A stretch of DNA of 64,000 nucleotides from Rebecca billardiae RCC1528 (Eukaryota; Protista; Haptophyta). Below are positions 21,629 through 34,053 of this stretch, in pieces. Where the stretch lies: the NCBI GenBank assembly GCA_965240325.2, contig OZ251250.1, positions 248,001-312,000 of the forward strand, in the 5' to 3' direction. The position numbers were made by a program, and so were the translations under genes. The notes below the pieces were generated by a model, which worked only from the letters and a program-made list of their open reading frames with translations, was not told the DNA's origin and ran no database searches. How positions within the stretch are numbered: the first letter of the stretch is position 1; each line of letters opens with the position of its first letter.

Positions 21629-23567
21629 TAGCCTGGTCCATCCCGATTTTCGCCAGTGAAAAAGCCTTTTTCGGATTTTGGGCGCCTCATTTCTCCCGAT
21701 TTTTCTCGTCGCTCGTCGCGCTCGTCAAAAATCGCCACCGGCCGTCCGACGGCTCGCCGCGACGAAGGTCGGGAAGGGGCTCGAGAGCCTCGACTGGACG
21801 ACTGCGCCGCCTCATGTCAGGTGTAGTGCTGGACACATCGTTCGGGTGCCCCGGTGGTGTGCGTGCACACCTTGAGCGACATGTCTGCGTTGCTTCCGCC
21901 GCCCGCGGTCCGTCGCCAGGTCGACTTCTCGCCCGACGGCGCGCGTCGAACGCTCACCTGCTGGGTTACGCCGTGCCTTCGAGAAGGGGCACCTCCGGGA
22001 ATATGCGCGGCACGCGACGGCTCGCATGGGGCACCGCCTACCCCTAGCATGTACTCGATGCCACCACCAGCTTTGGGCGCGCTGCGCATCGCCAACGCTT
22101 CATGCGGCCAGTCCCGTCACGTTTGCGCATGGGTCGTCCTGAGCGGCGGCTGTCGATTTGTGCTCCTCGTGGAGCTGTATGACGGGCTGGTGGCGAGCAG
22201 GATGGCTCGCCTTGCGGGGCTGGGTGTGTACAGTCGCAGTGTAGTGGCTGCCGGCTGACTCCCATCGCCTGGGTGCTGCTTTACCGTCATGGCCTTTGCT
22301 GCGAGCACAAGGTCGAGGATCGTACCGCGGTCTGTGAGGCAGAGTCGACGGAGTCGTCGCTTGAAGATGGTTGAGAGCGCTCATACGTCTTCCTTGGTGT
22401 CGTGCGGCTACTCCAGCACGCAAGGCTCGCGCTCTGGCACGTGTTTGGTGTCCATGGGTGGCACATTGTGCCATTCGGGTGGCTCGGAAGCACGTGCTCG
22501 GGTGTCTTTCCCGTTTACGCGCGGTGGGCCAAGCCACCACGCATGGCCAGAGCATGTCATGGCACGCAGAGGGTGCCCATGAACGATCCCCACCCCGGTG
22601 GTGGCCGGAGGCGCACTCGAAGCGGCCGCATCGTCACCCGCGGATCACATCAGTCCGCCGTTGAGGCTGTCGGGCGAGCAAAGACGTGCGATCTGACCCT
22701 TGGACGAGCAGCTAGAACCGCGATTATGCCTCATCTAAGGACGCACATGTCGTCGTTGTAGGCAGTACTGATGCCCCAAGTGAAAGGGCGGGCGTGGCAC
22801 GCGACTAGACAGCTTGAATGACTCGATGCACGCCGCCATGGACACGCGATCCGGATCCGTTGCGAACCTGCCGTGTGGCTCACGGCGGCGCGCGTTGTGC
22901 CGCAGATCGGCCAGTCGCCACGCAGGAGATGGTCTTCAGACCAGGTCCAGCACCTGACCGACTGCCGCACGCCTGGCCGGGTGGGAGTCCGGCCCTCTTC
23001 TTGTCTGCAGGAGTGCGCGGAAGGCCAGGCGGAGCCTCGTCCGACCACTGCACCCCGAGCGCCGCACTAATCGTGCAGCCTGGGACAGCTACCCACCTAT
23101 GGCGAATATGTAAAGACATAGTGGCATTGTAATTATACAGGTCCAGACCTCATATTTATGCGGGTACATTGCCCATACCATGCGGGTACAAATGGGTAAT
23201 ATAGTCGATCTTGCAGTAGTTGAGTACGGCCACTTGCGCACAGACCACAGCCCATCCTAATGGCCTGTACCAAGGTTCATGCTCGCCTCGACGTACGCCA
23301 ATAAGTAAGTTCGTGCGTTTGGGCTCATTTCGGCTAAGTACTTACCCACATTCAGACTGACGATTCTCTATGTGTCCGTAGTTGTCCGCGGCGCGCGCGC
23401 GCGCGCTCACGACGGGCCGCGGATGCGATTTTTAGGCCGAAACTTTTGCTCCGCCCGGGCTGGGTCCATTTAATGCGCTGTTTCCGGGTGTGAGCGCGTG
23501 CCTAGGGCCCCGCATTCATTTGGCGATAAAATCCCCGAAAGTGCTCCAGTGCGTTTGGACCAGGCTA
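21629..23567. mobile_element. 1.94-kb TIR element with 12-bp TIRs and 7-bp TSD, nested in the left end of a MITE
   Basis: TAGCCTGGTCCA...TGGACCAGGCTA, with CTATCGT at 21622-21628 and 23568-23574. Empty sites at 28563 and 33558. No recognisable transposase. Confidence 0.88.
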
Positions 23568-23570
23568 CTA

Positions 23571-23982
23571 TCGTCCGGTGGATTTGCATTTGGCACACCT
23601 GGCTCTCCCAGAACACCTTCTTGGCCGCCGCGACCGAGCGCAAGTAGATACGGCGCTCAAACTTGTTCGTGCTTCGATCTTCTAAGCTCACCTAGGAACG
23701 CGGCAAAACAATCCCGAGCTTGCTACGGTCTGTAGTTCGTGAGATATGACCTCCGCCATTTCACAGTGAAACCACTGGGAAACAGGGCCCAAAAATGACA
23801 AGGCACCACGTTTTCGGCCATAACTACGACCGAACGGGAGCAGATATCGAGACGCGGTTTGTTTCCCCGCGAGCTCTAAGCTCAGCTTAGGTCTCGCTCG
23901 ACCACCGCGAACCGCGTTGCCGAGGTTACATGGGCAGCGGCAGCGCGGACAAAAAGGTGCCAAATGCAAATCCACCGGACGA
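23571..23982. mobile_element. ~412-bp MITE with 26-bp perfect TIRs flanked by TA
   Basis: TCGTCCGGTGGATTTGCATTTGGCAC and its reverse complement at 23957-23982, with TA on both sides. Absent from the flanks of copies 1, 2 and 6. Confidence 0.85.
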
Positions 23983-24064
23983 TAGTTCCGTGCGGACGAC
24001 CGTTAAATTGTTATTATTAATAGAACGAATCATAATATATATCTTATTACTGAACGGCGTCTGG

Positions 24065-26626
24065 GACAGGTTGCACGGAGAAATGACCGCCCGCGACTGA
24101 CAGATGTTACATTCACAGTGGACGCGACCTGTCCACCCGTCTTTCGGTACATCGCGCCCTGGCCGATACACACCTTTACCGCTCTGCGCATGGGGAACCC
24201 ATGCTCGCAGAGCGGCCGGGGCGAATCTCAGGGGCCTGAGGCGGTCCCGGACGCGCGCCCCGCGGCCACACCTGAGGGTGCGGGCGGGCTCTTCGATCAT
24301 GTTGGTGAGCTCTCCGCCATCGGGGCGCGCTTCATTGCGCCGCCTCGCCTCGCGTACGGCGTTCCCGTCGTGCTCGCACTGACAAGGCTGAGCAGAGCGT
24401 AGAGTGCCATCATGATTGCATTCGGTTCCAACTTGCTCGCCAGCCACTTCCAGCCAGGTGCGCGCGGCTTGGGAGTAGACGATTAGTTCCGTGTGCCCGG
24501 GCTCGTCGTGACACCGGCATGCCGATCCCTCCCCAGCCGAGATGTCAGAGCGCGTGCGCACAGGCAGTCACAGGCAGTGCGCACTGGTAGCCAAGTGGAC
24601 GCGTGTGAGCGACGACAAGCCACGACGAGAAAACGGCCGCATCCAACCTTCTCACATACCACTAGACCACCGCGCAGAATGCGTCTGAGCCCGCCCATTC
24701 CCGCCCATAACGAGTTACAGCGGCTCGATTGTGAGGCGGGTGCAAAGGCGGCGGGTGAAAGCGAGCCCCGCGCGGGCGGCGAGAGAGACGCGCGTGCATA
24801 GACCTGATGCGGGAGTGCCCGAACAACGTGAAGGTGCGTCCATCTTCCAAGCGCGCGACCGGTCCGACACCGCGCCACGCCAAACGAGCACCACGCGTGT
24901 CGCCCCCCAGCGCCGGCCACGCGTCCCGAGGCGCTGCCATGTTTCGTCACGGGCCCGATCTCTGAGGTTAGCACCGGCCGCTCTGCGAGCGTGGTTCCAC
25001 CACGCGCAGAGCGGCCGGGTGTGTATCGGCCAGCATCGCGCCCGTCCCATGGCGGCCGGCGCGTGGCGCGAGTGCTTGGAAACCACGGAGCACACGAATG
25101 CCGGTGGTTTCCGACCTTCGCCGCCACGGCCCGCCTCCCCGTTCGCCCGCAATCGGTACCGCAGTCTGGTGCCCAGTTCCTCTCACTCCCGCGTCGGCAG
25201 TGGCGCGAAGCCGAAGCGCATCGGGAAGAAGCACAACTGGGACCTGGATACAGGCGGTAGATAGAGCCTTCAAGGAGGCTGCTGTCGCGAACGAGCAGGA
25301 TGCGCCGGTTGCGGTATGCGCGTGCACCTTTGCACGAACGTGTGCTGGTCTCCTGCTGCACTGCTCGTGCCGTACGCACGAGCGCGCAACCGTGCGCACG
25401 CGCTCAGGTGGCTCGGACCACACACGCGAGTGCTTGTGAAGCTCGCCTCACGAGGCCTTCGTAGAAGAAGGCGGGCAACCGTAGTGCGCTAAGGAAGCAG
25501 AAGGAGATGCTCGCCAAACGCGTGCAGCGCGCGTGGGCGAAGCTTGCTACGGCGCGCGCGGCCTCTGCTGTTGCAGCTCGGGCCGCCGCTCCGGCCGTGC
25601 AGGCGTCTGGCGCGGGGTCCTCGGACAAGCAGGCGAACTCTGGGCAGTCTGCCTTTGCCGCCGGCAAGAAGTATAGGAAGCGCACGCATTTGGTCGTGCG
25701 CGTGGCGCGCTCGCGCGCCGTGACGCAGCAAGCAGGCGATCCTTGACAAGCGACTCGCTGACGCTCAGCAGGCCGAGGCGACGAGCGCGGCGCTCGACCA
25801 CGCTGACAGGCACGCCCTGAGTGAGGGTGAAGGCACCTTTCGAGACAGCACTCAGGCGCTCGACGTTGGGTATGCCATTGATCGCGCGCGTGTGTGATCA
25901 CGGCAGCAAGACTAAGTCGCGCGAGGTGGAGTAGGTGGTAGCGCGCCTCTTCGCCGCATCATCCGCAGCTGACTGGCGTGCGCTAGCTCGCTCACGTCGC
26001 GCGCGGCAGCGGTCTGCTTCCACCCTGTGCGCACAGCGCGGCGCCGGCTGCACCGCCCGTTCCACTGGACGCCGGCTCGCTCGTCGTTGACGACTTCTTC
26101 TTCAACCCGGTCGCGCGGGCGCGGTGATGGCACACTCCGGCAGGCAGATGCGGCGCACTGCTCTATGCGTGCGTCGGTGCCTTTCCACGACGTCGACTCA
26201 GGCTGCTACGCGTGGCATCCAGCTCGAGGCGGAGGTCGCCAGGGCTCGCCCAAGGTCGAGTCTGCCTTGCGTGTGCTAGGTCGCCGAGGTGCGGCCGCAG
26301 AGTGCTCGCTGGCTGAATCCTGACGATGACGAGGAGTTGCGCGCCGTCGCAACCTCTCGCACGTAGTATCGTGCCGACCGAGTCGAGTCGGATGACGCTC
26401 GTGGCGGCTGCTCTTCAAATGACGCGGTCGGGCCCTTGGCGAGCTTGGGAGGAGGGCTCGGTCTGCTACATGTGCGTCAGTAGTCACGGCCTAAACCGTG
26501 CGCAAGACTCATTGAGTCGTACATGGCGCGGCAGCACGGCCGCACCCGCGAGGGCACCGTGGGCGGGCAGCCATGCTCCAAAGGGCCGAAATGTAACACC
26601 AAGGTCAGTTTCCCGTGCAACCTGTC
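24065..26626. mobile_element. 2.56-kb TIR element, 4-bp TSD CTGG
   Basis: Left GACAGGTTGCACGGAGAAATGACC; right end reverse complement GACAGGTTGCACGGGAAACTGACC. CTGG at 24061-24064 and 26627-26630. Empty site CGGCGTCTGGATG at 17821. Confidence 0.85.
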
Positions 26627-26873
26627 CTGGCGGATGATATGCGCTACTACTTGTCGCTGCATGCCAAAACTCGTAGTACGTAGTCAGTGACGATATGTCT
26701 GGCCTGCCGGTCAGCTGGGCCAGCCAGAGGCCGCTGATGTTCATCAGAGGTGCGGCCCGCGCCGGGCCCGGGACGGCGCGCGCGCCGGCGCCGGGCGACG
26801 CCCCCGGCGGGCCGGGGGCACGCGGTCCGGGACTGCACACGGTGAGTGCCTCAGTGACCCTCAGTGACGAGGA

Positions 26874-27392
26874 TCACCGAGCCGGCCGCTCCCACTGCGG
26901 ACACGCGCCACTCGGCTGATCAACAATACAATCCCATTTATGATGATACATACATAGTGACCACGCCGAGAGGAACCGAGCGAGCGCCGCGCTGCCCGCC
27001 GGCCGCGCGAGCGGCACGGAGACCGTGGCGGGCGCGCCGCACGCGCGGCTGGCCTCGTCGCGCCAGCGCACGGCGAGCTGGTCGGTGGGGTCGTCGAAAG
27101 AGGTGCGCAGCCAAGCGAGCGCCTCGCCCGCCGAGAACGCCGAGAAGAAGAACTCCTTGTGCACCCACCGCGGGTCGTCCGCGTCAAAGGCCGCGCCGGG
27201 CTCGCGCGCGCGCGCGCCGCGCAGCAGCGCGTAGCGGCGGTCGGCGGGGAAGGCGTCGCCCTCGCCGAGCCGCACGCGCTCGAGCTCGTCGAACCACAGG
27301 CCCTTGCACGGGTAGCGGTGCAGCGCGCTCACGCGCGCCAGCGAGCCCGGCGAGGCCCACAGCAGCGCGCCGAGCGCCGCCGCGGCAGCCAT
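26874..27392 (-). pseudogene. Truncated MOSC duplicate (172 aa open)
   Basis: 519-bp ORF with several substitutions relative to the full gene (e.g. ALAWLR, DDPTD). Confidence 0.8.
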
Positions 27393-27569
27393 CGCGGACG
27401 GCGGCCGGAAGGGGTGCAGCCTTTGGCGTGCCCGTGCGGGCACTGGGCAGCCCTGCCTCCCCGTCCGCGCGGTTGCGGGAGGGTCAACCAGCCATCGCGC
27501 AAGGGGGCGCCGCGGCCCTTTTGGTTCGACGCGCGTGCCAGCCGGTGCTCTGCGCACACGCTGGCCGGC

Positions 27570-28379
27570 ATGGTCAACATGTCGAACCGCAAGTGTGATC
27601 ACACGGGCTGCACCACGCGGCCTTCGCTCGGCATGCCGGGCGACGCGCGCGCCAGCCGGTGCGCTGCGCACAAGCTGGCCGGCATGGTCGACGTGGTGAC
27701 CCGCAAGTGTGATCACACGGGCTGCACCACTGTGCCTTCGCTCGGCATGCCGGGCGACGCGCGCGCCAGCCGGTGCGCTGCGCACAAGCTGGCCGGCATG
27801 GTCGACGTGGTGACCCGCAAGTGCGATCACACGGGCTGCACCACGCAGCCTTCGCTCGGCATGCCGGGCGACGCGCGCGCCAGCCGGTGCGCTGCGCACA
27901 AGCTCGCCGGCATGGTCGACCTGAAGAACCGCAAGTGTGATCACACGGGCTGCACCAAGGGGCCTTCATTCGGCATGCCGGGCGACGCGCGCGCCAGCCG
28001 GTGCGCTACGCACAAGCTCGCCGGCATGGTCGACCTGAAGAACCGCAAGTGTGATCACACGGGCTGCACCACGATGCCTTCATTCGGCATGCCGGGCGAC
28101 GCGCGTGCCAGCCGGTGCGCTGCGCACAAGCTGGCCGGCATGGTCAACGTGAATAGCCGCCTGCAAGGTAGTGCGCACAAGCGTGGGCTGGAGCAAGACA
28201 CGAGCGCCGAAGAATCGAGCGCCGCCAAGCGACAGCGGAAGCACACCAGCAGCACAACCACTGCTACTCCGGACGTTGCAGCGCGGCCGCGATCGCCGCA
28301 GCTCCCGCCGCTGGTCACAGCCAGCGTCGTATCGGCGCCGCCGCCGAACGTACCTGTAATGATGGCCAGGCTGGCGTGA
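27570..28379 (+). CDS. EsV-1-7-type repeat protein, copy 4 (5 repeats, 269 aa)
   Basis: Same scaffold; lacks the long KHLKYVSS-type repeats. Confidence 0.8.
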   Translation: MVNMSNRKCDHTGCTTRPSLGMPGDARASRCAAHKLAGMVDVVTRKCDHTGCTTVPSLGMPGDARASRCAAHKLAGMVDVVTRKCDHTGCTTQPSLGMPGDARASRCAAHKLAGMVDLKNRKCDHTGCTKGPSFGMPGDARASRCATHKLAGMVDLKNRKCDHTGCTTMPSFGMPGDARASRCAAHKLAGMVNVNSRLQGSAHKRGLEQDTSAEESSAAKRQRKHTSSTTTATPDVAARPRSPQLPPLVTASVVSAPPPNVPVMMARLA

Positions 28380-28565
28380 CCGGCGCCGCCGCAGACGGCA
28401 GAGTGGCCTGCTGCGCGACGGCGGACCCGCGGCCGCGACGACTGCGCGCAGGGGGGCCGACGACGTTTCGGTTTGCGGCACCCTTCCCCTCCCGGTCGCG
28501 GAGGCGGATGGACGGGTCACGGGGTGCCGCGTGTAACTATAACTCTGGACTAGTGGAGCAGACTA

Positions 28566-28980
28566 TCGTCCGGTGGATTTGCATTTGGCACACCTGGCTC
28601 TCCCAGAACACCTTCTTGGCCGCCGCGACCGAGCGCAAGTAGATACGGCGCTCAAACTTGTTCGTGCTTCGATCTTCTAAGCTCACCTAGGAACGCGGCA
28701 AAACAATCCCGAGCTTGCTACGGTCTGTAGTTCGTGAGATATGACCTCCGCCATTTCACAGCCGAAACCACTGCGGGAAACAGGGCCCAAAAATGACAAG
28801 GCACCACGTTTTCGGCCATAACTACGACCGAACGGGAGCAGATATCGAGACGCGGTTTGTTTCCCCGCGAGCTCTAAGCTCAGCTTAGGTCTCGCTCGAC
28901 CACCGCGAACCGCGTTGCCGAGGTTACATGGGCAGCGGCAGCGCGGACAAAAAGGTGCCAAATGCAAATCCACCGGACGA
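28566..28980. mobile_element. MITE, second copy
   Basis: Same 26-bp TIRs and TA flanks. Confidence 0.85.
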
Positions 28981-29059
28981 TAGTTCCGTGCGGACGACCG
29001 TTAAATTGTTATTAATAGAACGAATCATAATATATATCTTATTACTGAACGGCGTCTGG

Positions 29060-31631
29060 GACAGGTTGCACGGAGAAATGACCGCCCGCGACTGACAGAT
29101 GTTACATTCACAGTGGACGCGACCTGTCCACCCGTCTTTCGGTACATCGCGCCCTGGCCGATACACACCTTTACCGCTCTGCGCATGGGGAACCCATGCT
29201 CGCAGAGCGGCCGGGGCGAATCTCAGGGGCCTGAGGCGGTCCCGGACGCGCGCCCCGCGGCCACACCTGAGGGTGCGGGCGGGCTCTTCGATCATGTTGG
29301 TGAGCTCTCCGCCATCGGGGCGCGCTTCATTGCGCCGCCTCGCCTCGCGTACGGCGTTCCCGTCGTGCTCGCACTGACAAGGCTTCACAAGGCTGAGCAG
29401 AGCGTAGAGTGCCATCATGATTGCATTCGGTTCCAACTTGCTCGCCAGCCACTTCCAGCCAGGTGCGCGCGGCTTGGGAGTAGACGATTAGTTCCGTGTG
29501 CCCGGGCTCGTCGTGACACCGGCATGCCGATCCCTCCCCAGCCGAGATGTCAGAGCGCGTGCGCACAGGCAGTCACAGGCAGTGCGCACTGGTAGCCAAG
29601 TGGACGCGTGTGAGCGACGACAAGCCACGACGAGAAAACGGCCGCATCCAACCTTCTCACATACCACTAGACCACCGCGCAGAATGCGTCTGAGCCCGCC
29701 CATTCCCGCCCATAACGAGTTACAGCGGCTCGATTGTGAGGCGGGTGCAAAGGCGGCGGGTGAAAGCGAGCCCCGCGCGGGCGGCGAGAGAGACGCGCGT
29801 GCATAGACCTGATGCGGGAGTGCCCGAACAACGTGAAGGTGCGTCCATCTTCCAAGCGCGCGACCGGTCCGACACCGCGCCACGCCAAACGAGCACCACG
29901 CGTGTCGCCCCCCAGCGCCGGCCACGCGTCCCGAGGCGCTGCCATGTTTCGTCACGGGCCCGATCTCTGAGGTTAGCACCGGCCGCTCTGCGAGCGTGGT
30001 TCCACCACGCGCAGAGCGGCCGGGTGTGTATCGGCCAGCATCGCGCCCGTCCCATGGCGGCCGGCGCGTGGCGCGAGTGCTTGGAAACCACGGAGCACAC
30101 GAATGCCGGTGGTTTCCGACCTTCGCCGCCACGGCCCGCCTCCCCGTTCGCCCGCAATCGGTACCGCAGTCTGGTGCCCAGTTCCTCTCACTCCCGCGTC
30201 GGCAGTGGCGCGAAGCCGAAGCGCATCGGGAAGAAGCACAACTGGGACCTGGATACAGGCGGTAGATAGAGCCTTCAAGGAGGCTGCTGTCGCGAACGAG
30301 CAGGATGCGCCGGTTGCGGTATGCGCGTGCACCTTTGCACGAACGTGTGCTGGTCTCCTGCTGCACTGCTCGTGCCGTACGCACGAGCGCGCAACCGTGC
30401 GCACGCGCTCAGGTGGCTCGGACCACACACGCGAGTGCTTGTGAAGCTCGCCTCACGAGGCCTTCGTAGAAGAAGGCGGGCAACCGTAGTGCGCTAAGGA
30501 AGCAGAAGGAGATGCTCGCCAAACGCGTGCAGCGCGCGTGGGCGAAGCTTGCTACGGCGCGCGCGGCCTCTGCTGTTGCAGCTCGGGCCGCCGCTCCGGC
30601 CGTGCAGGCGTCTGGCGCGGGGTCCTCGGACAAGCAGGCGAACTCTGGGCAGTCTGCCTTTGCCGCCGGCAAGAAGTATAGGAAGCGCACGCATTTGGTC
30701 GTGCGCGTGGCGCGCTCGCGCGCCGTGACGCAGCAAGCAGGCGATCCTTGACAAGCGACTCGCTGACGCTCAGCAGGCCGAGGCGACGAGCGCGGCGCTC
30801 GACCACGCTGACAGGCACGCCCTGAGTGAGGGTGAAGGCACCTTTCGAGACAGCACTCAGGCGCTCGACGTTGGGTATGCCATTGATCGCGCGCGTGTGT
30901 GATCACGGCAGCAAGACTAAGTCGCGCGAGGTGGAGTAGGTGGTAGCGCGCCTCTTCGCCGCATCATCCGCAGCTGACTGGCGTGCGCTAGCTCGCTCAC
31001 GTCGCGCGCGGCAGCGGTCTGCTTCCACCCTGTGCGCACAGCGCGGCGCCGGCTGCACCGCCCGTTCCACTGGACGCCGGCTCGCTCGTCGTTGACGACT
31101 TCTTCTTCAACCCGGTCGCGCGGGCGCGGTGATGGCACACTCCGGCAGGCAGATGCGGCGCACTGCTCTATGCGTGCGTCGGTGCCTTTCCACGACGTCG
31201 ACTCAGGCTGCTACGCGTGGCATCCAGCTCGAGGCGGAGGTCGCCAGGGCTCGCCCAAGGTCGAGTCTGCCTTGCGTGTGCTAGGTCGCCGAGGTGCGGC
31301 CGCAGAGTGCTCGCTGGCTGAATCCTGACGATGACGAGGAGTTGCGCGCCGTCGCAACCTCTCGCACGTAGTATCGTGCCGACCGAGTCGAGTCGGATGA
31401 CGCTCGTGGCGGCTGCTCTTCAAATGACGCGGTCGGGCCCTTGGCGAGCTTGGGAGGAGGGCTCGGTCTGCTACATGTGCGTCAGTAGTCACGGCCTAAA
31501 CCGTGCGCAAGACTCATTGAGTCGTACATGGCGCGGCAGCACGGCCGCACCCGCGAGGGCACCGTGGGCGGGCAGCCATGCTCCAAAGGGCCGAAATGTA
31601 ACACCAAGGTCAGTTTCCCGTGCAACCTGTC
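29060..31631. mobile_element. 2.56-kb TIR element, second copy
   Basis: Same TIRs and CTGG TSD; carries a 10-bp insertion near 29385. Confidence 0.85.
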
Positions 31632-31868
31632 CTGGCGGATGATATGCGCTACTACTTGTCGCTGCATGCCAAAACTCGTAGTACGTAGTCAGTGACGATA
31701 TGTCTGGCCTGCCGGTCAGCTGGGCCAGCCAGAGGCCGCTGATGTTCATCAGAGGTGCGGCCCGCGCCGGGCCCGGGACGGCGCGCGCGCCGGCGCCGGG
31801 CGACGCCCCCGGCGGGCCGGGGGCACGCGGTCCGGGACTGCACACGGTGAGTGCCTCAGTGACGAGGA

Positions 31869-32387
31869 TCACCGAGCCGGCCGCTCCCACTGCGGACACG
31901 CGCCACTCGGCTGATCAACAATACAATCCCATTTATGATGATACATACATAGTGACCACGCCGAGAGGAACCGAGCGAGCGCCGCGCTGCCCGCCGGCCG
32001 CGCGAGCGGCACGGAGACCGTGGCGGGCGCGCCGCACGCGCGGCTGGCCTCGTCGCGCCAGCGCACGGCGAGCTGGTCGGTGGGGTCGTCGAAAGAGGTG
32101 CGCAGCCAAGCGAGCGCCTCGCCCGCCGAGAACGCCGAGAAGAAGAACTCCTTGTGCACCCACCGCGGGTCGTCCGCGTCAAAGGCCGCGCCGGGCTCGC
32201 GCGCGCGCGCGCCGCGCAGCAGCGCGTAGCGGCGGTCGGCGGGGAAGGCGTCGCCCTCGCCGAGCCGCACGCGCTCGAGCTCGTCGAACCACAGGCCCTT
32301 GCACGGGTAGCGGTGCAGCGCGCTCACGCGCGCCAGCGAGCCCGGCGAGGCCCACAGCAGCGCGCCGAGCGCCGCCGCGGCAGCCAT
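31869..32387 (-). pseudogene. Truncated MOSC duplicate (172 aa open)
   Basis: Same as 26874-27392. Confidence 0.8.
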
Positions 32388-32564
32388 CGCGGACGGCGGC
32401 CGGAAGGGGTGCAGCCTTTGGCGTGCCCGTGCGGGCACTGGGCAGCCCTGCCTCCCCGTCCGCGCGGTTGCGGGAGGGTCAACCAGCCATCGCGCAAGGG
32501 GGCGCCGCGGCCCTTTTGGTTCGACGCGCGTGCCAGCCGGTGCTCTGCGCACACGCTGGCCGGC

Positions 32565-33374
32565 ATGGTCAACATGTCGAACCGCAAGTGTGATCACACG
32601 GGCTGCACCACGCGGCCTTCGCTCGGCATGCCGGGCGACGCGCGCGCCAGCCGGTGCGCTGCGCACAAGCTGGCCGGCATGGTCGACGTGGTGACCCGCA
32701 AGTGTGATCACACGGGCTGCACCACTGTGCCTTCGCTCGGCATGCCGGGCGACGCGCGCGCCAGCCGGTGCGCTGCGCACAAGCTGGCCGGCATGGTCGA
32801 CGTGGTGACCCGCAAGTGCGATCACACGGGCTGCACCACGCAGCCTTCGCTCGGCATGCCGGGCGACGCGCGCGCCAGCCGGTGCGCTGCGCACAAGCTG
32901 GCCGGCATGGTCGACCTGAAGAACCGCAAGTGTGATCACACGGGCTGCACCAAGGGGCCTTCATTCGGCATGCCGGGCGACGCGCGCGCCAGCCGGTGCG
33001 CTACGCACAAGCTCGCCGGCATGGTCGACCTGAAGAACCGCAAGTGTGATCACACGGGCTGCACCACGATGCCTTCATTCGGCATGCCGGGCGACGCGCG
33101 TGCCAGCCGGTGCGCTGCGCACAAGCTGGCCGGCATGGTCAACGTGAATAGCCGCCTGCAAGGTAGTGCGCACAAGCGTGGGCTGGAGCAAGACACGAGC
33201 GCCGAAGAATCGAGCGCCGCCAAGCGACAGCGGAAGCACACCAGCAGCACAACCACTGCTACTCCGGACGTTGCAGCGCGGCCGCGATCGCCGCAGCTCC
33301 CGCCGCTGGTCACAGCCAGCGTCGTATCGGCGCCGCCGCCGAACGTACCTGTAATGATGGCCAGGCTGGCGTGA
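32565..33374 (+). CDS. EsV-1-7-type repeat protein, copy 5 (5 repeats, 269 aa)
   Basis: Protein identical to copy 4. Confidence 0.8.
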   Translation: MVNMSNRKCDHTGCTTRPSLGMPGDARASRCAAHKLAGMVDVVTRKCDHTGCTTVPSLGMPGDARASRCAAHKLAGMVDVVTRKCDHTGCTTQPSLGMPGDARASRCAAHKLAGMVDLKNRKCDHTGCTKGPSFGMPGDARASRCATHKLAGMVDLKNRKCDHTGCTTMPSFGMPGDARASRCAAHKLAGMVNVNSRLQGSAHKRGLEQDTSAEESSAAKRQRKHTSSTTTATPDVAARPRSPQLPPLVTASVVSAPPPNVPVMMARLA

Positions 33375-33560
33375 CCGGCGCCGCCGCAGACGGCAGAGTG
33401 GCCTGCTGCGCGAGCGCGGACCCGCGGCCGCGACGACTGCGCGCAGGGGGGCCGACGACGTTTCGGTTTGCGGCACCCTTCCCCTCCCGGTCGCGGAGGC
33501 GGATGGACGGGTCACGGGGTGCCGCGTGTAACTATAACTCTGGACTAGTGGAGCAGACTA

Positions 33561-33974
33561 TCGTCCGGTGGATTTGCATTTCAGGCACACCTGGCTCTCC
33601 CAGAACACCTTCTTGGCCGCCGCGACCGAGCGCAAGTAGATACGGCGCTCAAACTTGTTCGTGCTTCGATCTTCTAAGCTCACCTAGGAACGCGGCAAAA
33701 CAATCCCGAGCTTGCTACGGTCTGTAGTTCGTGAGATATGACCTCCGCCATTTCACAGTGAAACCACTGGGAAACAGGGCCCAAAAATGACAAGGCACCA
33801 CGTTTTCGGCCATAACTACGACCGAACGGGAGCAGATATCGAGACGCGGTTTGTTTCCCCGCGAGCTCTAAGCTCAGCTTAGGTCTCGCTCGACCACCGC
33901 GAACCGCGTTGCCGAGGTTACATGGGCAGCGGCAGCGCGGACAAAAAGGTGCCAAATGCAAATCCACCGGACGA
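33561..33974. mobile_element. MITE, third copy
   Basis: Same ends; the left TIR has a 2-bp insertion. Confidence 0.85.
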
Positions 33975-34053
33975 TAGTTCCGTGCGGACGACCGTTAAAT
34001 TGTTATTAATAGAACGAATCATAATATATATCTTATTACTGAACGGCGTCTGG

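Noticed and set aside
21678-26626. Intact transposase in the 1.94-kb or 2.56-kb elements
   Set aside because: Only short, stop-interrupted ORFs are present and no DDE motif was recognised.
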